Below, piece after piece: positions 46,050 through 57,155 of a stretch of DNA of 64,000 nt; within the stretch, counting starts at the first letter, position 1, and every line of letters begins with the position of its first letter. Origin of the DNA: Chloroflexota bacterium (GTDB lineage: Bacteria > Chloroflexota > UBA6077 > FW602-bin22 > JAMCVK01); NCBI GenBank assembly GCA_023475225.1, contig JAMCVK010000028.1, forward strand, positions 9,962 through 73,961. Direction: 5' to 3'. The notes under the pieces are model-generated. The model ran no database searches and was not told the DNA's origin. It saw nothing but the letters and a program-made list of their open reading frames with translations. The position numbers and the translations under genes were made by a program.

Positions 46050-46886
46050 CTAACGGAACGGTAAGGCAGGCTGTGTCCAGCAGTTTTCCGCATCCCAAAC
46101 AAGGCTCCGCCTATCCCGTAAGGCTATCTCTACTTTAACTGTGGTTATCCCGGCACACTCCAGGTATCTTCTCACCGTCCTCAAGGCCAGGCGTGGTGAG
46201 TTGTTGACCGCACTGAGATGGGCTAGCCACAGCCATTGCGGGCGATCCGAGGCACATTGGACTATGCACTCAGCTGCTTGTTGATTGGAGAGATGTCCCC
46301 TCTGTCCAAGAATGCGCCCCTTAAGGAAATCCGGGTAGGGACCGTTTATCAGACGATCAGGATCATGATTAGCCTCTAGGATGACCAGGTCAGCCGCCCG
46401 CACGTAATCGCGCAGGTAAGATGGAACATAGCCGAGATCAGTAGCCAAACAAACCCTCCACCGCTCATATTCAAACGAGTACCCAACGGGATCATGCCCG
46501 TCATGAGGTAACCCGAAGGAAGTTATGCGCAGCTCACCGATTTTCATAACACTATCTGTTGCCAGTACATCCGTCTGTGCTTTTATCAGGTTGAGCGCGG
46601 CAAGCGTTCGCTCGTTGGCTATCACCGGCACGCTGTAACGCCGCGAGAGAGCGCTCACAGCTGAGACGTGATCGCTGTGTTCATGGGTCAGAAGAATAGC
46701 TGTCAAGCCTCGATGTATGCCTGCTGAACCAGTGCCCTGAGACACAAAATTCAACGGATGCTCTAGCTCCTCCGCAAGGGCCCTGACGGAGCAACCGGCA
46801 TCTATAAGTACCCGTGTATCACCAGCCTCAACGAGAAATGCATTCCCTGAACTTCCACTGGCCAGGGATACGACTCGTAAGCCCAA
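46050..46886 (-). CDS. MBL-fold metallo-hydrolase.
   Basis: 278 aa. SGSSGNAFLVE..VLIDAG and the HxHxDH motif THEHSDH. Confidence 0.8.
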   Translation of the reverse strand: MGLRVVSLASGSSGNAFLVEAGDTRVLIDAGCSVRALAEELEHPLNFVSQGTGSAGIHRGLTAILLTHEHSDHVSAVSALSRRYSVPVIANERTLAALNLIKAQTDVLATDSVMKIGELRITSFGLPHDGHDPVGYSFEYERWRVCLATDLGYVPSYLRDYVRAADLVILEANHDPDRLINGPYPDFLKGRILGQRGHLSNQQAAECIVQCASDRPQWLWLAHLSAVNNSPRLALRTVRRYLECAGITTVKVEIALRDRRSLVWDAENCWTQPALPFR

Positions 46887-46909
46887 TAGCCTTAATCCTC
46901 TTCTCCAGT

Positions 46910-47665
46910 CTATAACTGATTAATAACGCCTTTGGACTCCAGGTCACGAAGGAAACGGAGGTCGCTCTCGTTCAGCTCTGCCCTGGCTAACAGGTCTGGC
47001 CGGCGCTCGAGGGTGCGTCGGAGAGATTGTTCTCGCCGCCATCTGGCGATAGCGGCGTGGTTACCTGACAGCAGAACCTCCGGAACAGCCCAGCCACGAA
47101 ATACAGCTGGCCTGGTATAGTGTGGGTACTCTAATAACCCCTGACTGTGCGACTCTTCAAGGATGGAAGGTGGCGCTCCCAGCACACCAGGTAGAAGACG
47201 CACAACCGCATCAACCAGGACCATCGCTGGGATCTCTCCCCCACTCAAAACATAGTCGCCTATGGAGATCTCATCAGTGGCAAGATGTTCCCGCACCCGC
47301 TCGTCCACCCCCTCATAGCGGCCACAGATGAGAATGAGCCACTCTTTGCCTGCCAGCTCCTGAGCAAGACGTTGCTTGAACAGCCTGCCCTGCGGAGTCA
47401 AGAGGATTATCTCCGCTGGAGCAACATCAGGAGTGGGTACCAGTAAAGATTCCACCGCCGCAAAGATGGGTTCAGGCTTCATCACCATGCCCGATCCTCC
47501 ACCGAAGGGGTAATCATCAGTGGCACGGTGTTTATCGGTAGCAAAGTCACGAATATCGGTAATATTTATCGAGACCAGTCCTTTCTCCACAGCACGCTTA
47601 ACTATGCTTTCGCTGAAAGGACCAGCGAACATCGAGGGAAAAAGGGTAAGGATATCAAAACGCAT
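46910..47665 (-). CDS. trmD: tRNA (guanine37-N1)-methyltransferase.
   Basis: 251 aa. [13 protein letters not shown].., [36 protein letters not shown]. Confidence 0.9.
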   Translation of the reverse strand: MRFDILTLFPSMFAGPFSESIVKRAVEKGLVSINITDIRDFATDKHRATDDYPFGGGSGMVMKPEPIFAAVESLLVPTPDVAPAEIILLTPQGRLFKQRLAQELAGKEWLILICGRYEGVDERVREHLATDEISIGDYVLSGGEIPAMVLVDAVVRLLPGVLGAPPSILEESHSQGLLEYPHYTRPAVFRGWAVPEVLLSGNHAAIARWRREQSLRRTLERRPDLLARAELNESDLRFLRDLESKGVINQL

Positions 47666-47796
47666 TTCGCATCACCGAGGGTAGTCTCCTCCCGGCATTA
47701 TATCACCACCTCAGCCTGATAAACAATCCCTGGTGCTTTTATGCTATAGTATAGACCTGACAGGCGAAATTTTTCTGTTCAAAGGAGGGGATTGTC

Positions 47797-48648
47797 TTGA
47801 CTAGCCGACCAAAATGGGAATCAAAGGCGCTGAGACCGGAGATGGCGGGGAAATTACAGTATCATATCCGTTGTAGCCCTGAAGATGTAGCTAAGTATGT
47901 CTTACTGCCCGGAGATCCAGACCGCGTGAAACTGATCGCCCAAATCTGGGACGAATGGAGGGAGGTATCCAGTCACCGAGAGCACGTGACCTACAGTGGC
48001 AAGGTAAGCGGTATCCCTATCACAGCCTGCTCGACAGGCGTAGGAGGGCCTTCTGCAGCTAACGCCCTCGAAGAACTGGCTGAGCTCGGGGCAGATACCT
48101 TCATCCGCGTGGGAACAACTGGTGCTTTATGGGAGCATATCAACTGCGGGGACCTGATCATCACCAGCGGGGCAGTGAGGTATGATGGCACCAGCCCCTA
48201 CTATGTCGACCTCGCCTACCCCGCTTGCGCTAACTATGAGGTCATCGCCGCCCTGGTGGAGGCCGCCGAGAGACTGGGACATCCCTATCACGTAGGCATT
48301 TCGGCCTCGACGGCCTCCTTTTTCTGTGGGCAGGCACGTCCCGGCTTCAAGGATTACTGGCAGAGCTGGATGGAGCCTAAGATCACTGACCTCCGGGCAG
48401 CGAAGGTGCTAAACTTCGAGATGGAAGCGGGGACTATCCTCACCTTAAGCAACCTATTTGACCTCAGGGCTGGTGCCGTCTGTGCCGTGGTAGCCAATCG
48501 CATCACTGATAAGCTGGCCTACGTCGGCGTGGATCGTTGCATCGCGGTAGCTGTGGAAGCAGTTAAAATCCTACACGAATGGGATCAGAAAAAGGCTGCT
48601 CTGGGTAAGCAGAGATGGTATCCTTCTCTGACAGCCACATATGGGTAA
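47797..48648 (+). CDS. Nucleoside phosphorylase of the PNP/UDP-1 family (uridine-phosphorylase-like).
   Basis: TTG start 8 nt after AGGAGG. LPGDPDRV, STGVGGPSAANALEEL, IRVGTTGA, FEMEAG. Confidence 0.75.
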   Translation: MTSRPKWESKALRPEMAGKLQYHIRCSPEDVAKYVLLPGDPDRVKLIAQIWDEWREVSSHREHVTYSGKVSGIPITACSTGVGGPSAANALEELAELGADTFIRVGTTGALWEHINCGDLIITSGAVRYDGTSPYYVDLAYPACANYEVIAALVEAAERLGHPYHVGISASTASFFCGQARPGFKDYWQSWMEPKITDLRAAKVLNFEMEAGTILTLSNLFDLRAGAVCAVVANRITDKLAYVGVDRCIAVAVEAVKILHEWDQKKAALGKQRWYPSLTATYG

Positions 48649-48691
48649 TCGTCCCTGGAAAGCCCCAGGAGACGAGCCCTACAGAATAGAT

Positions 48692-48724
48692 TGCCTGCGC
48701 TATCTGATCTTTGATAGCGCAGGC
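48692..48724. terminator. Hairpin between convergent genes; possible bidirectional terminator.
   Basis: Perfect 13-bp stem tgcctgcgctatc / gatagcgcaggca with a 7-nt loop. It sits 44 nt after the + strand stop. There is no strong U-tract on either side. Confidence 0.45.
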
Positions 48725-48860
48725 AGTCTATACCTGTCATCGCCGTTATTTCTTGGTTGATTTCTTGGTCGTCTTACATGCCCGCTTCGTCATCTTCTTC
48801 GCTGGCTTCTTGTCGGCCACCTTCAATCACCTCCTTGACCCATTATTTGCAATCGCCTGC

Positions 48861-50111
48861 CTATGCGGACGGGCTAGCTTGCCGTTCACGTATCACCCTC
48901 TCATAAATCTCTTTCGTACGCCTGGCGATCTCCATCCAACCATAATCTCGCACAACTACTTCATAGGCCCGCTGGGCACGCATGGCTGCCCAGTCTGGAC
49001 TCAGCAACGTATGCAAGATGCCCCAAGTCAAAGAATCTACGTTATCCGGGTGAACGAGTATTCCAGTCTCATTGTGCACGATCACCTCAGCTAGACCACC
49101 TACTCCAGCAGCAACGACGGGTGTCTTTGCCGCCATCGCTTCCAGAGCCACGATACCGAAAGGCTCGTAGAGACTGGGAAGGACGGCAACATCAGCCACT
49201 TTGAACAGACGGTCTCGTACCTCGTCTGATACAAAACCGGTAAAGTAAATCTTCTGATCCACCCCGAGCTCCATAGCTCGCTGGCGCAAGCTATCCATAG
49301 AGTCGCCCGTCCCCACCACCACAAATTTTGCCCATGGGAAGCTGTCCAGGACCCGCGGCACAGACTCGACGAGGAGATGAACACCCTTCTCGTATACCAG
49401 GCGTCCTACATAGAGAACTATCTTCTCATCTGCCATGGCGTAGCCAGCGCGAAAGTCTCTGAGGTCTTTCCCCTCCAGCCTATCAAAACGCGTCGGATCT
49501 ACCCCATTGGGAATTAGATCGATCTTGTCCAGGGGCGTTTGGAAGATTCGCCCAACCTCATCCACCATATGTCTGCTGCAACAGATCACTCGCCAGGACT
49601 CATAAGTGAGCCACCACTCCACGTTATGGATAGCTCGCTGTAATTCCCCACTCAGGTTACCACGACTGCGCCCATATTCGGTAGCATGAATAGTGCTGAT
49701 CAAGGGAAGTCCATAGGCATGCTTTAAGGAGAAGGCCGCATGTGCTACCAGCCAATCATGAGCATGAAGTAAGTCGAACTTATCCTCACCCTCGACCAAT
49801 TTCCGCCCTCTATCCGCCAGATTCAGATTTACCCGCATAGCCCCGCTGAAGAAGTCGGACATGTCAGCCGAGAGGGAAGCCACACGATAGAGATTAGTAG
49901 GAACACCCTTGCCTTCAGTATAATCTATGGGATGAAGCTCCACGATGGGTTCCTCACCCAAGGCACTAACCCAACGTGGTGTCAATAAATAGACCTCAAC
50001 GCCCTGTTTGGCCAGGGCTGGTACAAGCTCCATAACATGCTTACCCAGACCACCAACGTTATATGGTGGATATTCCCAAGATAACATCAGAACCTTCACA
50101 ACTACCCTCAA
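48861..50111 (-). CDS. GT-B glycosyltransferase, glycogen-synthase-like (GT4/GT5 type).
   Basis: LMLSWEYPPYNVGGLGKHV, HAHDW, VGRLVYEKG, LPSLYEPFGIVALEAMAAKTPVV. The start is ambiguous: TTG 50111 or ATG 50087. Confidence 0.75.
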   Translation of the reverse strand: MRVVVKVLMLSWEYPPYNVGGLGKHVMELVPALAKQGVEVYLLTPRWVSALGEEPIVELHPIDYTEGKGVPTNLYRVASLSADMSDFFSGAMRVNLNLADRGRKLVEGEDKFDLLHAHDWLVAHAAFSLKHAYGLPLISTIHATEYGRSRGNLSGELQRAIHNVEWWLTYESWRVICCSRHMVDEVGRIFQTPLDKIDLIPNGVDPTRFDRLEGKDLRDFRAGYAMADEKIVLYVGRLVYEKGVHLLVESVPRVLDSFPWAKFVVVGTGDSMDSLRQRAMELGVDQKIYFTGFVSDEVRDRLFKVADVAVLPSLYEPFGIVALEAMAAKTPVVAAGVGGLAEVIVHNETGILVHPDNVDSLTWGILHTLLSPDWAAMRAQRAYEVVVRDYGWMEIARRTKEIYERVIRERQASPSA

Positions 50112-50215
50112 CAGCTCTTTGGGCTAAGCCAGGGCCAATTAAATTATTTGAGGCTCTTAAGAACCTCACCCCCGAACCCACTCTCCCCTCAAAGGAACAA
50201 CGGACGGCAACGCTG

Positions 50216-51388
50216 TCATTCCGATTTGAGGATCACTCTGCCCGGGTATCGCCCTGACTCGATACCGTAGATGTAGAACAAGGGATGACGACTTCTCCCC
50301 ATCTTATCAAATGCGATTGCACCGGTTACACCTTGATAAGCGCCAATGTTGTGTAGGCTGGCCACGACTCGCTCTCTGTTCAGATTTCCATCCTCATGTA
50401 GGGCTAGAGCTATCGCCTGTAAAAGGATATTGGTGGCATCATAGGCCAGGGCGGCCACACCCAGCGGTTTCAGCTGGGCATAATCCTGAAAATTTCGTGT
50501 GAACCCTCCTGTCTTCTCTACCCCCCAAAGATCGACTACACCACGGGATAAATACAAGGTACCATCAACCGCCGCTTCACCGATCTTAACAAAGTCCGCT
50601 GTATCACAGTCACTACCGACCAGGAAAACTACCTTGGGTAAGACATTTTTCAGTTCGACCGCTAGTGCCGCTGCCTGCTGAAAGGAGCCGCTGAAAAAGA
50701 CCCCCTCCACCTTCGCCTGTGCCATTTGTTCCAGGAGAGGAGCGAAATTGCGTGGCCGTCCAGGCACCTGGCCCTGGACGACGATAGCCATCCGTCCGGT
50801 CGCCACAGTAGCGAGGGTATGGGCTGCCTCAACATAGCCCGGCGATTGTTCCCAGATAATAGCCAGACGTTTTAGGCCGTATTTATTGATCAACAATCCC
50901 ACAGCTTTGTCTGCCCGTAGACGATCATCAGCTACCATTTGAAACACCTCAGGATAGCCATATTCGGTAAGACCGCTAGCCGTTGCCCCTATGGTTATAA
51001 GAGCCAGTCCCGCCTGATGATAGTCTCCGACGGCCGCCAAGGCTGAATCGCTGCTCAGGTGCCCCACGACACCCATTATAACCGGATCGACTATCATCTC
51101 TTTGGCCTGGTAAGCAGCCACCTTGGGGTCATTCTCATCATCAACGGACACCAGCTCAATTCGATACCCCTCAACACCACCCCTTTGATTCCATTCTCCA
51201 ATAGCTAGCTTCATGGCCATAAGGGCGTTGGGGGCGGTACTAACGTCATATCCATAAAAGGGCAAAACTGAGCCTACCTTGATGATGCCCTTCCATCCAT
51301 CCTGCTGCGGTAGGGCCGCAATGCCCAGACCCCCGATCAGTACAACAAGCAACAAGATGCCTTCCACTTTTCCCGAGGATATATTCAC
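50216..51388 (-). CDS. ABC transporter substrate-binding protein, Leu/Ile/Val-binding (LivJ/K-like, type I PBP).
   Basis: 390 aa. N-terminal TM/signal sequence. IKVGSVLPF.G......A...MA..EWN..GG..G..IELV..DD pattern. Confidence 0.7.
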   Translation of the reverse strand: MNISSGKVEGILLLVVLIGGLGIAALPQQDGWKGIIKVGSVLPFYGYDVSTAPNALMAMKLAIGEWNQRGGVEGYRIELVSVDDENDPKVAAYQAKEMIVDPVIMGVVGHLSSDSALAAVGDYHQAGLALITIGATASGLTEYGYPEVFQMVADDRLRADKAVGLLINKYGLKRLAIIWEQSPGYVEAAHTLATVATGRMAIVVQGQVPGRPRNFAPLLEQMAQAKVEGVFFSGSFQQAAALAVELKNVLPKVVFLVGSDCDTADFVKIGEAAVDGTLYLSRGVVDLWGVEKTGGFTRNFQDYAQLKPLGVAALAYDATNILLQAIALALHEDGNLNRERVVASLHNIGAYQGVTGAIAFDKMGRSRHPLFYIYGIESGRYPGRVILKSE

Positions 51389-51610
51389 TCTACGAATGTC
51401 CCTTAATTTAACCTAAGGTATTTCCCCTTCCTTATTATCATTATTTACACAGAAGGGAAGGTCTTATCCCATAACGAAAAGGCCCTCTTGGTAATAGCCA
51501 AAAGGACCTTGCCTTCCAGAGGCACGGCGTGGGTGAGCTCACCGTCCAAGAATCATTGGCACGCCGCGGCCGCTCGAGTTGACATCTTTACAGCCGTGAA
51601 GACAGCTGAA

Positions 51611-52591
51611 TCAGACACGATGACAGGCAACCCAGTGCAACTCACCTGTCTCCCGGAACTCCGGCTCTACCTCGCGGCAAACCTCTATAGCCACCGGACA
51701 CCTTGTATGAAATCGACAGCCGCTGGGCGGGTTGACTGGACTCGGCACATCGCCAGTGAGTATTATTCGTTCCCGTCTCGCCTCCACAGCAGGATCCGGT
51801 ATGGGCACAGCGGAGAGCAATGCCTTTGTATAAGGATGGAGGGGATTTTCGTAGAGCTCGGCGCGATTGGCCAATTCCACGATCTTACCCACATACATCA
51901 CAGCCACACGGTCACTGATATGGCGGACAACACTCAAGTCGTGGGCGATGAAGAGGTAAGTAAGGTCGAACTCTTTCTGCAAATCCTCGAGTAGATTGAT
52001 AATCTGGGCCTGGATAGACACGTCCAGGGCACTGATCGGTTCATCGCAGACAATAAAGATCGGTTGGACAGCTAAGGCGCGGGCGATACCAATGCGCTGT
52101 CGTTGTCCACCGCTGAACTCGTGGGGATAGCGATTGATAAAGTAGGGGTTTAACCCTACGATACGGAGTAATTCTTGCACTCGCTCCTGCTTTGCCTTAC
52201 CTCGCGCCAAGTTGTGGATTTCCAATGGTTCGCCGATGATATCACCCACGGTCATGCGCGGATTCAGGGAAGCGTAAGGGTCCTGAAAAATCATTTGCAT
52301 CCTTCGTCGCATCCGTCGCAGGCTCTCCCCGTCCATTTTAGTCAAATCCCGTCCCTCAAAATAGACGGAGCCACCAGTTGGACGGTATAATTGCAGAATT
52401 ACCCTACCTGTGGTAGTCTTCCCACAACCACTCTCTCCAACCAGACCCAGAGTCTCACCTCGCCTGATGAAAAAGTTGAGTCCATCTACGGCCTTGACCG
52501 CTCCGACCCGACGCTGAAAGATGATCCCCTGGGTCAGGGGGAAATGCATCTTTAGGTCCTTTACCTCAACAAGAATGTTATTCAAGCTCAT
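51611..52591 (-). CDS. Oligopeptide/dipeptide ABC transporter ATP-binding protein (OppF/DppF-like).
   Basis: Walker [10 protein letters not shown], signature [15 protein letters not shown], Walker [12 protein letters not shown], and the C-terminal oligopeptide-ABC Cys motif. Confidence 0.85.
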   Translation of the reverse strand: MSLNNILVEVKDLKMHFPLTQGIIFQRRVGAVKAVDGLNFFIRRGETLGLVGESGCGKTTTGRVILQLYRPTGGSVYFEGRDLTKMDGESLRRMRRRMQMIFQDPYASLNPRMTVGDIIGEPLEIHNLARGKAKQERVQELLRIVGLNPYFINRYPHEFSGGQRQRIGIARALAVQPIFIVCDEPISALDVSIQAQIINLLEDLQKEFDLTYLFIAHDLSVVRHISDRVAVMYVGKIVELANRAELYENPLHPYTKALLSAVPIPDPAVEARRERIILTGDVPSPVNPPSGCRFHTRCPVAIEVCREVEPEFRETGELHWVACHRV

Positions 52592-53575
52592 TTAAGCCTT
52601 CCCCTCTCGGACATTCACCCAACACGCTACCTCGTGTCTGCCGTTAAGAGAACGCAAACTCGGTACCTCTTCCGAGCAAATCTCCCTCATATATACACAG
52701 CGTGGTGCGAAGGAACAGCCAGGGGGTATATTGATCAGATCAGGAGGAAATCCATCTATCGGCACCAGCTTGGCTTTGCGGGCTTCATCCAACCTGGGAA
52801 TTGACTTCAGGAGGCCGAGGGTATAGGGGTGGGAGGGATTGCTGTAGAGATCAGCCACAGGCGCCGATTCAACGATATGGCCAGCATACATCACTATCAT
52901 CTTATCGCACAGACCAGCTACTACCCCTAAATCGTGGGTGATCCAGATGATAGCCATGCCGAATTCCTGCCGTAACTTCTTCACCAGATCGATGATCTGA
53001 GCCTGGATGGTGACGTCCAGAGCCGTAGTTGGCTCGTCAGCAATGAGTAACTTGGGATTACAGGATAGAGCCATTGCAATCATAACCCGCTGGCGCATGC
53101 CCCCGCTGAACTGATGGGGATAATCATTTATTCTGTCCGCCGCTGATGGTATGCCCACCAACTGCAAGAGCTCAACGGTGCGCTTTCTGGCTTGCTCATG
53201 CGTCATCTTCAAGTGTAGCTCAAGGCTTTCACTGATCTGACGACCAATAGTCAAGACCGGATTCAGCGAAGTCATCGGATCCTGGAAAACCATAGCGATC
53301 TTGTTACCCCTAATTTTACGCATCTCATCTTCGTCCAGTTCCAGGAGATCCTGTCCATCGAAGATAACCCGACCATCCACAATTTTGCCCGGAGGTTGGG
53401 GCACAAGACGCATAATAGAGAGAGCAGTGACGGATTTCCCACAACCGCTCTCGCCCACAATGCCCAAGGCTTCTCCCGGCATTATCTCAAAAGAAACACC
53501 ATCTACCGCCTTTACCACCCCATCCTGGGTGAAAAACCTTGTCTTTAACCCACTTACTTGCAACAAAGGCCTCAT
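52592..53575 (-). CDS. Oligopeptide/dipeptide ABC transporter ATP-binding protein (OppD/DppD-like).
   Basis: [35 protein letters not shown]. Confidence 0.85.
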   Translation of the reverse strand: MRPLLQVSGLKTRFFTQDGVVKAVDGVSFEIMPGEALGIVGESGCGKSVTALSIMRLVPQPPGKIVDGRVIFDGQDLLELDEDEMRKIRGNKIAMVFQDPMTSLNPVLTIGRQISESLELHLKMTHEQARKRTVELLQLVGIPSAADRINDYPHQFSGGMRQRVMIAMALSCNPKLLIADEPTTALDVTIQAQIIDLVKKLRQEFGMAIIWITHDLGVVAGLCDKMIVMYAGHIVESAPVADLYSNPSHPYTLGLLKSIPRLDEARKAKLVPIDGFPPDLINIPPGCSFAPRCVYMREICSEEVPSLRSLNGRHEVACWVNVREGKA

Positions 53576-53591
53576 TTAGATTCTCTCCTCC

Positions 53592-55211
53592 CTACGACAC
53601 GTTCTTCACGATCTCCACGCTCTTCAGCGAAATGATCCCCATCGGGGTCCAAACCAACCCCTTCACCCACGGCTTAACTAAAATATAGCTGACATCGTGT
53701 GCTATGGGCACCCACGGTGCATCATTAATAATAATCTTTTCTGCCTCTTGATACAACCTCGTACGCTTTTCATTATCCGGCTCAGCCCCGGCCCGCTTTA
53801 GAATATCATCTACTTTAGAGTTACTATAATCACTATGATTGCTCCCACTGTCGCTCCGAAAAAGGATATCAAGGAAGTCCTGGGGGTCTGGGTAATCAGC
53901 CATCCATCCCAGATAGAACATCTGTAACTTCTTGGCATTTAACTGCTCGAAGAACCCTCTATCGATCTGCTCCACGTTAATTCGCACGCCCAGGTTGCGC
54001 TGGTACATCTCGGCAAATCTCCGCCCCAACGCCCCACCCCCCACACCGGTAAACAGGGTAATCTCCGGTAGATTGGCCACCCCTCCATAGGAAGACTCCG
54101 TGATGAGCCGTTTAGCTTTCTCTGGGTCAAAATCTAATCCTACCAGATCCTTATTATAACCGGGCATACCCGGTGGCAAGATCCCTTTAGCCTCTATTCG
54201 CGTGCTCTTAAAAAGGACGTTGACGATCCTTTTCTTATCCGTAGCATAGTTGAAGGCTTGGCGCACCTTCAGATCATCGAACGGCTTCATTCTCACATTC
54301 ATGCCCAAGTACATGATGTCCAGCTGAGGGACGATCCTCAGATCCCTGTTTAAGGGATTGCTCTTATCCAAAACCCTTTCAATGTTAGCTGCTCCTACTT
54401 CACAGGCATCGAGTTCATCCCGCTCATACATCGTCATCGCCGAGCCACCACCATAATAAAAGCTCACCTCATTCAGGGTCGGTTTGCGACCATAATAGAG
54501 ATCATTACGGGTCAGAAGGATGATCCCTGCCTGCTTATCCCATCTCTTCAGCTGGAAGGGCCCAGTCCCATTGGGATGACTCGCCCAGTCTGGCCCACTT
54601 TCAACGTTCTTCTTATCCACAACATAAGCCGTTGGGTAAGTAAGTTTCGACAGGAAATAGGTCTTAGGAGTATCGATGGTGATCTCCAAGGTATAGGCAT
54701 CCTTAACCTGAATCCCGCTAACCTCTTTCGCCCTACCAGCCAACCTCTCTTTCGCCCCGACAACATCACCCAGATACTCCTGCGCCACCGCTGATCGGGT
54801 TTTAGGGTTCAGAGCTCTCTCTAGACTGTACTTGAAATCGGCCGCTGTTACAGAGGTTCCATCATGAAATTTGCTCCCGCGACGCAGCTCGAAGGTATAC
54901 ACCCGCCCATCAGGGCTGAGGCGATAATCACGGGCTATCTCCGGCACAATCTCCAGATTATCATCTAAGGAGACGAGGCCACTGAATATATGCACTAGAT
55001 ACCGCCATGAGGAAACATCCTGGGAAAGCGCCGGATCGAGGGTTAGAGGCTCGCTACCTTGCAACCTTAAGGTACCAACTGCTCTAGGCTTGGCCTCATC
55101 ACCAGTCAGCAACGAAGGTTTCGGCCACTTCCCTTCGCCTGGCCAACAGCCTCCTATAATCAAAAAAACGATCAACAGCAGCGTCGCCGCAGCGCCTTCC
55201 CTCTTGAACAT
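53592..55211 (-). CDS. Peptide/nickel ABC substrate-binding protein (family 5).
   Basis: 539 aa with a signal anchor. SBP_bac_5-type motifs (..FHDGT.VTA.DFKYS.ER..) and location in the operon. Confidence 0.8.
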   Translation of the reverse strand: MFKREGAAATLLLIVFLIIGGCWPGEGKWPKPSLLTGDEAKPRAVGTLRLQGSEPLTLDPALSQDVSSWRYLVHIFSGLVSLDDNLEIVPEIARDYRLSPDGRVYTFELRRGSKFHDGTSVTAADFKYSLERALNPKTRSAVAQEYLGDVVGAKERLAGRAKEVSGIQVKDAYTLEITIDTPKTYFLSKLTYPTAYVVDKKNVESGPDWASHPNGTGPFQLKRWDKQAGIILLTRNDLYYGRKPTLNEVSFYYGGGSAMTMYERDELDACEVGAANIERVLDKSNPLNRDLRIVPQLDIMYLGMNVRMKPFDDLKVRQAFNYATDKKRIVNVLFKSTRIEAKGILPPGMPGYNKDLVGLDFDPEKAKRLITESSYGGVANLPEITLFTGVGGGALGRRFAEMYQRNLGVRINVEQIDRGFFEQLNAKKLQMFYLGWMADYPDPQDFLDILFRSDSGSNHSDYSNSKVDDILKRAGAEPDNEKRTRLYQEAEKIIINDAPWVPIAHDVSYILVKPWVKGLVWTPMGIISLKSVEIVKNVS

Positions 55212-55230
55212 TGGTACTTATCTCTCGCGC

Positions 55231-56115
55231 CTACATCTTCATTCGGGGATCAAGCGCATCGCGCAGACCGTCCCCCAAGAAAGTGAAAGACATCATCGTA
55301 ATAGCGATGGCGATGCCCGGGAAAAGGACCAGATGCGGAGAACCGAAGATGGCCTGGAAGCCATCTTGAACCATAGAGCCCCAACTCGGTGTGGGGGGAG
55401 CAACACCAACCCCAATATAGCTCAGAGCTGCCTCAGCAAAGATAGCGCTTGGGATACCAAAGGTCAGGGATACAATTATTGGTCCGAAAGCGTTAGGCAA
55501 TAAGTGGTGCCAAAGGATACGAGCCTCGCTAGCCCCGATGCAACGCGCTGCCTCGATGAATTCCCTCTCCTTTAACGACAATAATTGGCCACGGACAAGA
55601 CGGGCCAGATTGACCCAACCCGCTAATCCAATAGCAAAGAAGATCATATAGATGCTGCCCCCAAAGATTGACCGCAGGAGGATGATCAAGAGCAAATCAG
55701 GGAAGGCGTACATTATATCAGTAAAGCGCATGAGCAGATTGTCGATCCGACCACCGGCCAGGGCAGCCATCGCTCCCAGCGGTATGCCAATAGACAGGAT
55801 GACAAACTGGGTGAAGACGCCTACCGTGATCGAGGTCCGCGCTCCGAAGATTAAACGGGTGAGGACATCCCTCCCCAGGTTATCGGTGCCGAGCCAATAG
55901 CCTGGACGTGGGGGCTCCAGGACTACATCGTAATGCTGTTTGGCATAGTCATAAGGGGCGATCACATTAGCAAAGATAGCTACTAGTGTCATTATGATGA
56001 CAATGATGCCCCCGGCCACAGCCATCCGATTGCGAATGAGCCGACGGTAGGCATCACCCCAAAGGGTCGCTCGCCTCCTTATCGTAACACCTGTTTCTAC
56101 CACTGTGCCAGGCAA
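55231..56115 (-). CDS. Peptide ABC transporter permease (OppC/DppC-like).
   Basis: 294 aa, 6 TM. EAA-loop region EFIEAARCIGAS..ILWHHLLPN. Confidence 0.85.
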   Translation of the reverse strand: MPGTVVETGVTIRRRATLWGDAYRRLIRNRMAVAGGIIVIIMTLVAIFANVIAPYDYAKQHYDVVLEPPRPGYWLGTDNLGRDVLTRLIFGARTSITVGVFTQFVILSIGIPLGAMAALAGGRIDNLLMRFTDIMYAFPDLLLIILLRSIFGGSIYMIFFAIGLAGWVNLARLVRGQLLSLKEREFIEAARCIGASEARILWHHLLPNAFGPIIVSLTFGIPSAIFAEAALSYIGVGVAPPTPSWGSMVQDGFQAIFGSPHLVLFPGIAIAITMMSFTFLGDGLRDALDPRMKM

Positions 56116-56160
56116 CCCAATGGACTGCCTCTCCGTAACTATTAAATTACCTCGCTAACT

Positions 56161-57078
56161 TTATGTATACCTGATGCGGGGGTCAAGAAAACCATAAATG
56201 AAATCAACGGCCAGATTCGCCAGAGCGACAATAAAGGAATAGAAAAGGGTAGCACCCAGAATCAGGGCATAATCGCGGGCTCCAATGCCCTGCACGAACA
56301 TCCGGCCGATGCCCGGCACCGAAAACATCGTCTCGATGATGAAGGAACCGGTGATAAAGTAGGCTGCCAGGGGACCGAGGATGGTAACTACCGGTATCAA
56401 AGCGTTCTTGAGGATATGCCCAAACAGAATGGCTTCCTCCATAAGCCCCTTTGCTCGTGCCGTGCGTACGTAATCTTGCCTGATAACCTCCAACATGCTG
56501 GCTCGGGTCAAACGGGCCACAAGGGCGGCCGGACCATAACCCAGGGCGATGGCCGGCATAATTATCTGTTCAGGACTGCCCCAACCACTGGTCGGCAGCA
56601 GGTGCAGAACTACAGCTAAGACGATGATCAGCACGATGGCCAGGACAAAGTTTGGCGTGCTGGCTCCTGTCGTGGCAAAGACAAGGCAGATGTAGTCTAT
56701 CCAGGAGTTCTGTCGTAAAGAGGCAGCGATACCAAAAGGCAGGCCTATCCCGATGGCCACCCCCAGGGCAGCCAGCCCCAGCGTGGCTGTTATCGGAAAA
56801 CCCTCCATTATTATACTAGTCACACTGCGATCCTGGCTGGTGTAGGACACGCCCAGATCGCCGTGTGCTGCATTCCAAACGAAGAACAGATATTGCTCCC
56901 AGACAGGTTTATCCAGATTGTAGCGACGATTGAGGTTCTCAATTACTGCCGGGGCCAGGGCCTTCTCCCTATCCCAAGGCCCACCCGGCACAAGGTGCAT
57001 CAGGATGAAGGTGATCAAAGAAACGGCTATAAGAACGGGGAAAATCCAGAGCACACGGCGGGCAATATACTTCAACAT
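56161..57078 (-). CDS. Peptide ABC transporter permease (OppB/DppB-like).
   Basis: MLKYIARRVLWIFPVLIAVSLITF and DYVRTARAKGL. Confidence 0.85.
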   Translation of the reverse strand: MLKYIARRVLWIFPVLIAVSLITFILMHLVPGGPWDREKALAPAVIENLNRRYNLDKPVWEQYLFFVWNAAHGDLGVSYTSQDRSVTSIIMEGFPITATLGLAALGVAIGIGLPFGIAASLRQNSWIDYICLVFATTGASTPNFVLAIVLIIVLAVVLHLLPTSGWGSPEQIIMPAIALGYGPAALVARLTRASMLEVIRQDYVRTARAKGLMEEAILFGHILKNALIPVVTILGPLAAYFITGSFIIETMFSVPGIGRMFVQGIGARDYALILGATLFYSFIVALANLAVDFIYGFLDPRIRYT

Positions 57079-57155
57079 TGTTCTCGTCCGACGACATTAC
57101 TGTGGTGGCCGGTCCGCCGAAGGCGGACCAGCCACCACATTCCGTCAGCTATGGC